DNA of 64,000 nucleotides from a bacterium. GTDB lineage: Bacteria > Zhuqueibacterota > Zhuqueibacteria > Residuimicrobiales > Krinioviventaceae. The DNA is taken from the NCBI GenBank assembly GCA_963675755.2, contig CAXXMD010000002.1:1632001-1696000 (forward strand), read 5' to 3'. The notes under the pieces are model-generated. The model was given only the letters and a program-made list of their open reading frames with translations. It searched no databases and had not been told where the DNA came from. A program made the position numbers and the translations under genes. Below are positions 41,599 to 50,023 of the stretch, in pieces; positions within the stretch are counted from its first letter, which is position 1, and each line of letters starts with the position of its first letter.

Positions 41599-42504
41599 AT
41601 GGGGAATACAATGGAAAGTAAAGCTGGTCAAGAAATTCGTGCGTTTCATATTTTTCTTGTCATTTTATATATACTCTCATTTATTTCAATCATTTACTTT
41701 TTTTATAAAGGCTGGGATTATTACTCCACTCCCTTTCCCGAAAGACCCCGCCATGACGGTTACACCCTCTTGAAACCCGGTGGAGATTACGGACATGGAT
41801 TTGGCATTATTGGTTCACTCATGATGCTTGTTATGTTATTGTACTCTATACGCAAGCGTTCGCAAATATTTTCAAAACTTGGAAATATTACCAAGTGGCT
41901 TGACATTCATATCTATCTTGGAATTTTTGGTCCCTTGTTAATTATACTGCACAGTTCATTCAAAGTATATGGCCTGGTTGCAATCAGCTTTTACTCTATG
42001 CTGGCGGTTGCACTTAGTGGAATAATTGGCCGTTATCTGTATTTACAAATCCCCCATAATATTCAGGGACACGAGTTGTCATTACTTGAACTCAAAAACA
42101 TGGATACTCTACTTTCAGAAAAATTAAAAACCGAGTTTGATTTTTCAGATGAAATGATTTCGAAACTGGAGCATTTGACCAAAAGCAGCCACCTTGAATC
42201 CCGCAATTCAATGGTTTTTCTGGTTAAATTGTTATTGGATGATATATACAGAGCCAGAGTTTTCCGCAAATTTAAAAAAGAAAATGCTTTTATAAAGAAA
42301 TTGCCACCAAAACAGGTAAAAGACCTTGTAAAAATAGCACGCAATAAAGTGATCCTTCATCGTAGAATTCTTGCATTAAATAAAATACAACAGATCTTTC
42401 ACTATTGGCACGTTATTCATAAACCTTTTGCTATCATTATGATCATAATCATGTTTGTTCATATTGCAATTGCAATCACATTTGGATATAAATGGATTTT
42501 CTAA
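41599..42504 (+). CDS. Inner-membrane protein with conserved His residues (ferric-reductase/cytochrome b-like), first gene of the multiheme operon
   Basis: About 5 TM helices; GHGFGIIG, WLDIHIYLG..ILHSSF, WHVIHKPF..VHI. Confidence 0.7.
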   Translation: MGNTMESKAGQEIRAFHIFLVILYILSFISIIYFFYKGWDYYSTPFPERPRHDGYTLLKPGGDYGHGFGIIGSLMMLVMLLYSIRKRSQIFSKLGNITKWLDIHIYLGIFGPLLIILHSSFKVYGLVAISFYSMLAVALSGIIGRYLYLQIPHNIQGHELSLLELKNMDTLLSEKLKTEFDFSDEMISKLEHLTKSSHLESRNSMVFLVKLLLDDIYRARVFRKFKKENAFIKKLPPKQVKDLVKIARNKVILHRRILALNKIQQIFHYWHVIHKPFAIIMIIIMFVHIAIAITFGYKWIF

Positions 42505-42505
42505 A

Positions 42506-44185
42506 ATGAAAGCACAAATCTTTGCTGCACTGCTCCTGCTTTTATCGATACCTGCCTTTGCACAATTGTCACCGGGAAAACTGCACCAATCCCATGCGGA
42601 TCTGGAAGGTCTGGAAAACTGTTCCAATTGTCATCAATTTAAAAGAAAAATAAGTGCTGACAATTGCCTGGATTGCCACACAATATTAAATAATAGAATT
42701 GCATCCGGTAAGGGCCTACATGCCAACAACGAGTATAATGAATGTGAAAAATGCCATATAGAACATCAGGGCCGTGATTATGATCTGGTATACTGGCCTG
42801 ATGGAAAAGACAATTTTAAACATGAACTGACAGGATATCATCTAGAAGACAAGCATTCACAACTCAATTGCAGCCAGTGCCATCAATCCAAAAACATAAC
42901 CAACAAAGCACTGTTTCTTGAAAAGAATAAAGATTTAAATAAAACCCTGCTGGGCCTTGATCAGGATTGCCTTTCGTGCCACATGGATGAACATCGTTCT
43001 CAATTTACTCAGGAATGTACTAATTGCCATACTATGGAGGGTTGGAAGCCTGCTAATAAATTCAATCATCAAAACACAAATTTCATATTAACCGGAAAAC
43101 ACCAGCAAGTGGATTGCGGAAAATGCCACCCACAAGTCACTGACAATAAATACAATAACCATCCTTCTTTTTCAAAATACACCCATCTCGAGTATCAAAA
43201 TTGCGTCAACTGCCATCAGGATGTACATAACAACAAATTCGGTCCTAATTGCGAATCCTGCCACAATACAGCAGGATGGAAAACAGTGAACCGAAACCAG
43301 TTTGATCATAACCGTACCTCTTTCCCATTAAAAGGGAAACACATCACAACGGCTTGTGAACAGTGTCATTTACCCGGAATGCCTATTAAAATTAACCAAT
43401 ATGACAGGTGTGTTGATTGTCATACAGATTACCATAAAAACCAGTTTACCAAAATCGAACATATTGGTAATTGTGAACAATGCCACACAGAACAGGGCTT
43501 TACTCCCGCTCTTTTTACAATTGAAAAGCATAACAGTCTGAATTTCCATTTGGAGGGTAGTCATAAAGCAGTTCCTTGTATAGCCTGCCACAAAAAAACC
43601 AATACCGGCACCGACTATGAAACCATTCAATTCTATTATCCTGATAAAAAATGCAGTTCCTGCCACAAAGATCCACATAACGGTCAAGTTAACAAATTCA
43701 CCACAAAGCAGGGATGTGAAGCATGCCATTCGGTTGCCAGTTGGTATACAATCAATTTTGATCACAATCAAACAAAATTCGCTCTCGAGGGTCGTCATAA
43801 AAATGTTTCCTGCGTACAATGCCACGTGGAAGAGGATCTGTCGAACTACAAAACCTATGCATTTGTTAACCTCGCATCAGATTGCCAGTCATGTCACAAT
43901 GATGTTCACCTGGGGCAATTTCGGGAAGACCGGCTTGTAGACGGAAAAAATCACACCAACTGTGACAGATGCCATACTCCCGCAAACTGGATTGCAGAAA
44001 AGTTTGAGCACAATAGAGACGCATCATTCAAACTTGATGGTGCTCACCAGTCAGTCCCATGTAATGACTGTCATAAAGAATTATCATTAAAAGGCAACAA
44101 TTTTAGATTATATAAACCCCTGCGCTCGGATTGCAAATTCTGTCATACACCTTCTAAAAAAGTCAATGATAACGGGTCTAACTAA
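42506..44185 (+). CDS. Exported multiheme c-type cytochrome, 20 CxxCH
   Basis: ATG 42506, Sec signal (..PAFA|Q), SPGKL..SH start; 20 CxxCH counted by hand in tri-heme F.H..F.L.G.H modules. Confidence 0.93.
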   Translation: MKAQIFAALLLLLSIPAFAQLSPGKLHQSHADLEGLENCSNCHQFKRKISADNCLDCHTILNNRIASGKGLHANNEYNECEKCHIEHQGRDYDLVYWPDGKDNFKHELTGYHLEDKHSQLNCSQCHQSKNITNKALFLEKNKDLNKTLLGLDQDCLSCHMDEHRSQFTQECTNCHTMEGWKPANKFNHQNTNFILTGKHQQVDCGKCHPQVTDNKYNNHPSFSKYTHLEYQNCVNCHQDVHNNKFGPNCESCHNTAGWKTVNRNQFDHNRTSFPLKGKHITTACEQCHLPGMPIKINQYDRCVDCHTDYHKNQFTKIEHIGNCEQCHTEQGFTPALFTIEKHNSLNFHLEGSHKAVPCIACHKKTNTGTDYETIQFYYPDKKCSSCHKDPHNGQVNKFTTKQGCEACHSVASWYTINFDHNQTKFALEGRHKNVSCVQCHVEEDLSNYKTYAFVNLASDCQSCHNDVHLGQFREDRLVDGKNHTNCDRCHTPANWIAEKFEHNRDASFKLDGAHQSVPCNDCHKELSLKGNNFRLYKPLRSDCKFCHTPSKKVNDNGSN

Positions 44186-46083
44186 TGAAAGCTGTATCTA
44201 TGAAATATTTATTATTTCTACTTTTACTGCTGAATTCAATGTTGTTAGCGGTAACCAGTCCTCATGGGGATATAAAAATACCCTGCGAAACCTGTCATAC
44301 TCCTGCTAACTGGCAGGTTGACAGGGAAACCCTGAAATTTGATCATAACAGCACAGGGTATCCGTTAACGGGTGTGCATAGCCAGACTGACTGTAAAGAT
44401 TGCCATGAAAGCTTGGTTTTTCATCAAACCGGTGTGCAATGTATGGATTGCCATACAGATATTCACCTGGGACAGTTGGGTAAAGAATGTGAATCCTGCC
44501 ATACCCCCTTAAACTGGGAAAACCGACAGGACTTGCTAAAGGACCACTCTCTATTACGCTTTCCCCTGTATGGCGCACATGAACGCATTGATTGCGACGA
44601 CTGTCACCATACCGGTTTGACAGAATACGCCAACACCCCTGTTGAATGTATCTATTGCCATGCAGATGACTATAACGCTACCCAAAATCCTGATCATAAA
44701 GAAGCACAATTTCCAACAACCTGTGATGACTGCCACCCCATACAATCTCTTTCCTGGCAAACCCGTGAATTTGATCATTCATTTTACCCTTTGACCGGTG
44801 CGCATCAAAATGTATCCTGCATGGATTGCCACCAGGGCACATATAACAATACGCCCAATACATGTTACGGCTGCCATGACACGGATTTTGCGGCTACCAG
44901 TGATCCTAACCATCAGGCATTTGGATTCGATACAGACTGTTCACAATGTCACACCACAGATACCTGGCCCCGGACTGACTTTGACCACTATCAGACATCC
45001 GGTTTTGAATTGATTGGCGTACACCAGACATTACAATGCAGTCAATGCCATATTAACAATAAAGTGACCGGATTACAAAGGGATTGTTATGGCTGCCATT
45101 TAACAGATTATAATTCCGTCAAAGAACCTGACCATCAACTTGGCCAATATCCTCACGAATGTACAATGTGCCATAACGAGAATACCTGGAGCCCTGCAAC
45201 ATTTGATCATAACCAGACCGGATTTCCCCTTACCGGTTCTCACCAGGCTGTTGAATGCACAGATTGTCACGAAAATAATGTTTATGCCGGCACCCCCTCA
45301 GATTGTTACTCGTGTCACGAACCGGACTTCAAGTCGGCAACCGAACCCAATCACGTCACCGGCAATTTTGATCATACGTGCACCATCTGTCATTCCACAA
45401 CCGCGTGGTCGCCTGCAACTTTTGATCATAACCAGACAGGATTTCCCCTTACCGGTGCTCACCAGGCTGTTGAATGTTCGGATTGCCATGAAAACAACGT
45501 TTATGCCGGTACACCTTCAGATTGCTACTCGTGTCACGAACCGGAATTTAAATCCGTGACCGAACCCAATCACGTCACCGGTAATTTTGATCACGTGTGC
45601 ACCATCTGTCACTCCACAACCGCGTGGTCGCCAGCAACATTTGATCATAACCTGACGAATTTTCCGCTTACCGGAGCGCACACAACAGCAGCTTGTCTGG
45701 ATTGCCATGAGAACGGTTATACCAATACACCATCGGATTGTTTTTTCTGTCATGAAACCGAGTACAACAATACAACAGATCCCAATCATAAAGCTTCTCA
45801 ATTCCCTGTTACCTGTCAGGATTGTCACAATACAAACAACTGGGAGCAAACCACCTGGGACCATGATGCCCGGTATTTCCCGATATATTCCGGCGAGCAT
45901 CGCGGAGAATGGGATGCCTGCTCTGACTGTCACACCAATTCATCAAATTATACCGCATTTGAATGCATCAACTGCCATGCGCATCAAAAATCTGAAATGG
46001 ACAACGAACATGATGAAGTAAGAAATTATCAATATCTAAGTACGGCTTGTTATAATTGTCATCCAAATGGGAAAGAAGATTAA
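44185..46083 (+). CDS. Exported multiheme c-type cytochrome, 25 CxxCH
   Basis: TAATG coupling to the previous gene; signal peptide; 25 CxxCH counted by hand; repeated FDH..GFPLTG.H tri-heme modules. Confidence 0.93.
   Translation: MKAVSMKYLLFLLLLLNSMLLAVTSPHGDIKIPCETCHTPANWQVDRETLKFDHNSTGYPLTGVHSQTDCKDCHESLVFHQTGVQCMDCHTDIHLGQLGKECESCHTPLNWENRQDLLKDHSLLRFPLYGAHERIDCDDCHHTGLTEYANTPVECIYCHADDYNATQNPDHKEAQFPTTCDDCHPIQSLSWQTREFDHSFYPLTGAHQNVSCMDCHQGTYNNTPNTCYGCHDTDFAATSDPNHQAFGFDTDCSQCHTTDTWPRTDFDHYQTSGFELIGVHQTLQCSQCHINNKVTGLQRDCYGCHLTDYNSVKEPDHQLGQYPHECTMCHNENTWSPATFDHNQTGFPLTGSHQAVECTDCHENNVYAGTPSDCYSCHEPDFKSATEPNHVTGNFDHTCTICHSTTAWSPATFDHNQTGFPLTGAHQAVECSDCHENNVYAGTPSDCYSCHEPEFKSVTEPNHVTGNFDHVCTICHSTTAWSPATFDHNLTNFPLTGAHTTAACLDCHENGYTNTPSDCFFCHETEYNNTTDPNHKASQFPVTCQDCHNTNNWEQTTWDHDARYFPIYSGEHRGEWDACSDCHTNSSNYTAFECINCHAHQKSEMDNEHDEVRNYQYLSTACYNCHPNGKED
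45187..45624 (+). repeat. In-frame tandem duplication, 2 x 219 bp (73-aa tri-heme module)
   Basis: WSPATFDHNQTGFPLTG.HQAVEC.DCHENNVYAGTPSDCYSCHEP.FKS.TEPNHVTGNFDH.CTICHSTTA starts at 45187 and 45406; a third, more diverged copy starts at 45625. Confidence 0.92.
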
Positions 46084-46886
46084 TGAAAACAGCATTTAAA
46101 ATCTTGATTTTCCTCAGTATTCCTGCAGCATTTATTATCAATTCTGTGCACTCGGAAGACATACCCCACAAGGAATTGAAACTGGAATGCAGCAATTGTC
46201 ACCTGACAGAAAACTGGAATACCATTACCTTTGACCACAAGTCAACACGATTTCCACTGGATGGCAGGCACCAAAACCTGGAGTGCGTTGACTGCCACAA
46301 TCTTGAGGATTTTTCACAAATCAGGATGGAATGCAAACAATGTCACCTCGATGTGCACCAGGGGAAATTAACATATTCCTGTGACCAGTGTCATACAACT
46401 CTGGGGTGGCAGGTCAAAGATATTTTCAAAGTCCATGCCAATACAACATTCCCGGTACTGGGCGCGCACAGTCGTTTGGATTGCGATGCCTGTCATAAAT
46501 CAGAGATTGTGGGTGAATTTACCCGAATTCAATCCGATTGTTATACCTGCCATGAACAGGATTACAAAAACACGACTGATCCCTCACACCAGAATTTTGG
46601 ATTCAATCACAGATGCGAAGATTGCCACAGTATGCTTGCCTGGCTTCCGGCAATGTTTGCCGAGCACGAATCCCGCTTCCCCATCTCTTCCGGTGCGCAT
46701 GCGGGTGAATGGGAAAATTGCAATATCTGCCATACCAATCCCGGTAATTTCCAGATATTCAGTTGCCTCAACTGTCACGAGCATAATCAATCCAGTATGG
46801 TTGGGGAACATGATGAAATAAGTGGATTCAGCTATAATAGTGATGCGTGTTACCGTTGTCATCATGATGGCAAAGCGGAGGATTAA
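46083..46886 (+). CDS. Exported decaheme c-type cytochrome
   Basis: TAATG coupling; signal peptide; 10 CxxCH; N- and C-terminal modules paralogous to the 25-heme protein (FPI.SG.H.GEW..C). Confidence 0.92.
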   Translation: MKTAFKILIFLSIPAAFIINSVHSEDIPHKELKLECSNCHLTENWNTITFDHKSTRFPLDGRHQNLECVDCHNLEDFSQIRMECKQCHLDVHQGKLTYSCDQCHTTLGWQVKDIFKVHANTTFPVLGAHSRLDCDACHKSEIVGEFTRIQSDCYTCHEQDYKNTTDPSHQNFGFNHRCEDCHSMLAWLPAMFAEHESRFPISSGAHAGEWENCNICHTNPGNFQIFSCLNCHEHNQSSMVGEHDEISGFSYNSDACYRCHHDGKAED

Positions 46887-46888
46887 TC

Positions 46889-48487
46889 ATGAATTTTATA
46901 AAAAATATTATTTTCTTTTTGATTTTGGTTTCCATTTCGAGTATTTCCGCGCAAGTTTCTGTTAAGGACTTTACCATTAAATATATCTCGAATGAAAACA
47001 TTTATATTGATGGCGGTAATTTAGATGGACTTGCAGTTGGAGATACAATAATCGTAATGCGCAAAAACACCCGAATAGCGGTCATGACGATTAATTACAC
47101 AGCAGATCATTCAGCGGCATGTACAATTGTATCTGAAAATATTAAAGTTCAGCAGGGAGACTTGGCAAGACCGTTGGTTCTACGTCAACAGGAAAAATCC
47201 GAAACCGTGTCCCCTCCGCTCAAGACAAGAAAAACCACGCTGCGACAAAAGACCCAGACAAAACAAAATGAAATGAGAATCAGAGGCAGCGTTTCTTTGC
47301 AATGGTACCATTTTGAGGACATGTCTGAAGGGAATTTCAGTTTTGATCAACCGGGTGGGCGATTAAATCTAAGAATGCAGAATGTATTCACCAAAAACCT
47401 GAATTTCAGGATCAAGACCAAAAGCCGCTATAACAAACGAATGACCCATCTAAGCGGTACAACAGCCAAAAACGAATGGCGTAACCGCATTTATACCGTC
47501 AGTTTGAGCTTTGATGATGAAAATGCAGCAATTAACTATAAACTGGGACGTATCATCTCGAATAAATTTAGCGGCATCGGTTATATAGACGGTGCATTGG
47601 TTCAACACAATGCAACCGAAAATCTGCGCTATGGTGCTTTTGCCGGTACGCAGCCCCAGTGGCAATATGCAGATTTCCAAACATCTATACAAAAATATGG
47701 TGCATATATTAATTATTTACAGGGCCAATATGGAGGCAAGCGATTTGAATCTACCCTGGCCGCTGCGGGAGAATATCATGGCGCGGAAGTCAGCCGCGAG
47801 TTTGTCTATCTGCAAAACAGCTATTCTTCTCAACATTTTAATCTCTATAGCAGTGCAGAGCTCGATGTAAACCGTGACTGGCGCAAAGATAAAAGCGGCG
47901 AAAATATATCCCTCACCAATCTTTATCTCAACTTTTCTTATACAATTACCCAAAGCATTACAACGGGATTGAGTTTTGACGACCGGAAAAATTATTATAC
48001 ATACGAAATCCGTTCTGTTGCAGACAGCCTGTTTGATGATGCCATGCGCTACGGGGCCCGCTGGAACCTGAATCTCCGTTTGCCGGGCAATTATCGGGTG
48101 TATGCCAACGCAGGCGTACGTGCCAGAGAAACCGATACGGAAAATACATATTCTGGGGCATTGGGCGTCAGTAAAAACAATATTACTGATCACAACCTGT
48201 ATGTGAATTTTTATGGATCAGGATTTCAAAATTATTTTTCGACAGGATTTAATGTATCTTTAAGAATGGGCAAATACTTTAGGGCCGGACACAATGTAAA
48301 CATGAGTTATGGAAACTATTCGTATGTGTTGAGCACAACCAATACGACACGTTCTAATCACTGGCTGCGTTTAAACGGAAATTTACAAATTTTCAGACAC
48401 ATTTATCTCGATGAGAATTATGAATATATCTGGGGATCCGATTCACCAGGACACCGGATATATATTGAAATGGGTTACCGATTCTAG
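46889..48487 (+). CDS. Outer-membrane beta-barrel (putative cytochrome-associated porin) with N-terminal soluble domain
   Basis: Signal peptide; amphipathic beta-strands over ~400 aa; C-terminal BAM-type motif YIEMGYRF; 2 bp after the decaheme gene. Confidence 0.78.
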   Translation: MNFIKNIIFFLILVSISSISAQVSVKDFTIKYISNENIYIDGGNLDGLAVGDTIIVMRKNTRIAVMTINYTADHSAACTIVSENIKVQQGDLARPLVLRQQEKSETVSPPLKTRKTTLRQKTQTKQNEMRIRGSVSLQWYHFEDMSEGNFSFDQPGGRLNLRMQNVFTKNLNFRIKTKSRYNKRMTHLSGTTAKNEWRNRIYTVSLSFDDENAAINYKLGRIISNKFSGIGYIDGALVQHNATENLRYGAFAGTQPQWQYADFQTSIQKYGAYINYLQGQYGGKRFESTLAAAGEYHGAEVSREFVYLQNSYSSQHFNLYSSAELDVNRDWRKDKSGENISLTNLYLNFSYTITQSITTGLSFDDRKNYYTYEIRSVADSLFDDAMRYGARWNLNLRLPGNYRVYANAGVRARETDTENTYSGALGVSKNNITDHNLYVNFYGSGFQNYFSTGFNVSLRMGKYFRAGHNVNMSYGNYSYVLSTTNTTRSNHWLRLNGNLQIFRHIYLDENYEYIWGSDSPGHRIYIEMGYRF

Positions 48488-48513
48488 TTTTATTACGCTG
48501 ATTATTAAACAGG

Positions 48514-49842
48514 ATGTACACTATGGAATCACTTTTTATATGGATAGCAGCAATACTTTTAATGGGGATTGTATTCATCCCCTATTTTATAAAATTCCGT
48601 AAACAACAAAAAGCGGATTTTGACAGACACCAGGAAGCGGTTTCTTTGGGAGCAGATAAACCCATAGCGCAATTCCCGCAAATCGATCTCATGCGATGCT
48701 TTGGGTGCGGTTCTTGTGTAAGAGCGTGTCCTGAAGGAGATGTCTTGGGTGTTGTAATGGGCAAATCCACTGTAATCAACGGATTAAAATGCGTGGGGCA
48801 TGCGCGTTGCGCTGAAGCGTGCCTGGTCAATGCCATAACCGTAGGACTGGGTGACATTAAACAACGGGATGACATTCCCGTTATGGATGATTATAATGAA
48901 ACCTCGATTCCGGGAATATACATAGCCGGAGAACTGGGTGGATTGGCGCTTATTAAAAACGCCATTGGGCAAGGCAGAAAGGTGATTGAAAAGATTGCGT
49001 CATCCCTTTCACAACAGGATGATATTCTGGATGTCATCATTGTCGGTGCAGGGCCTGCGGGAATCAGCGCCGCGTTGACTGCCATTCAGCACAGACTCTC
49101 TTATCTGATCCTTGATCAACAGGGTTTTGGGGGTACAATATTGCAATATCCCCGCAAAAAAGTGGTCATGACCCATCCCGTAGAAATACCGCTTTACGGC
49201 TGGTTAAATAACAGTGAATACACAAAAGAAGAACTGCTTGCAATCTGGGACGATATTCATCAACAGTATCATTTAAACATTAAAATCGGTGAAAAATTAG
49301 AGCATGTAACCCGGCATGATGGGTATTTTAATATCAGAACGCAGAACGGAAGCTTTCGGGCACAGCGGATTGTTCTGGCACTGGGACGCCGTGGCACGCC
49401 CAGAAAACTGGGTGTCCCCGGAGAAGAGTTGTCCAAAGTCATGTATAAACTGGTTGATGCCGAAAGCTTTCAAAATAACCATATTCTGGTTGTGGGTGGT
49501 GGTGACAGTGCCATTGAGGCTGCTGTAGGCCTTGCCATGCAGCCCGGCAATACCGTAACTATCTCTTATCGCAAATCTAAATTTTTTAGATTAAAAAAGA
49601 AAAACCAGCACAATATAGACCAACTTGTTAATGACGGCAAGGTTAATATAATCTTTGATTCAAATGTAAAAGAAATTAATACAGATTCTGTATTCGTGCA
49701 AACGGATAAAGAAATAATTCAACTCGACAATGATTATATATTGATCTTTGCCGGGGGTGAACCGCCATTCAAGCTGTTAAAGGATATGGGCATTACCTTT
49801 GGCGGCAGTGAAAAAGCAGAGGTATTACGGGAGGTTTTTTAA
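48514..49842 (+). CDS. Membrane-anchored 2x[4Fe-4S] ferredoxin fused to a YpdA/TrxB-like FAD/NAD(P)H oxidoreductase
   Basis: N-terminal TM; CFGCGSCVRACP and CVGHARCAEAC; IVGAGPAG FAD motif; VVGGGDSAIEAA and SYRK nucleotide site; no TrxB CxxC. Confidence 0.87.
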   Translation: MYTMESLFIWIAAILLMGIVFIPYFIKFRKQQKADFDRHQEAVSLGADKPIAQFPQIDLMRCFGCGSCVRACPEGDVLGVVMGKSTVINGLKCVGHARCAEACLVNAITVGLGDIKQRDDIPVMDDYNETSIPGIYIAGELGGLALIKNAIGQGRKVIEKIASSLSQQDDILDVIIVGAGPAGISAALTAIQHRLSYLILDQQGFGGTILQYPRKKVVMTHPVEIPLYGWLNNSEYTKEELLAIWDDIHQQYHLNIKIGEKLEHVTRHDGYFNIRTQNGSFRAQRIVLALGRRGTPRKLGVPGEELSKVMYKLVDAESFQNNHILVVGGGDSAIEAAVGLAMQPGNTVTISYRKSKFFRLKKKNQHNIDQLVNDGKVNIIFDSNVKEINTDSVFVQTDKEIIQLDNDYILIFAGGEPPFKLLKDMGITFGGSEKAEVLREVF

Positions 49843-50023
49843 GCGGGATTAACTCACTCCTACACTTGCTCAATAGAAATATTCACTAAATTTTATTTAC
49901 TGATGACTGAGAACTTGAATCCTTCCTTCAATACTCTGCCTGTTGCATATACCTGGGTACTGTTATTCTATAATTTGCGCACCACCTATTTGGCTGCTCT
50001 TACAAATCATTTGAAAATTTTCC

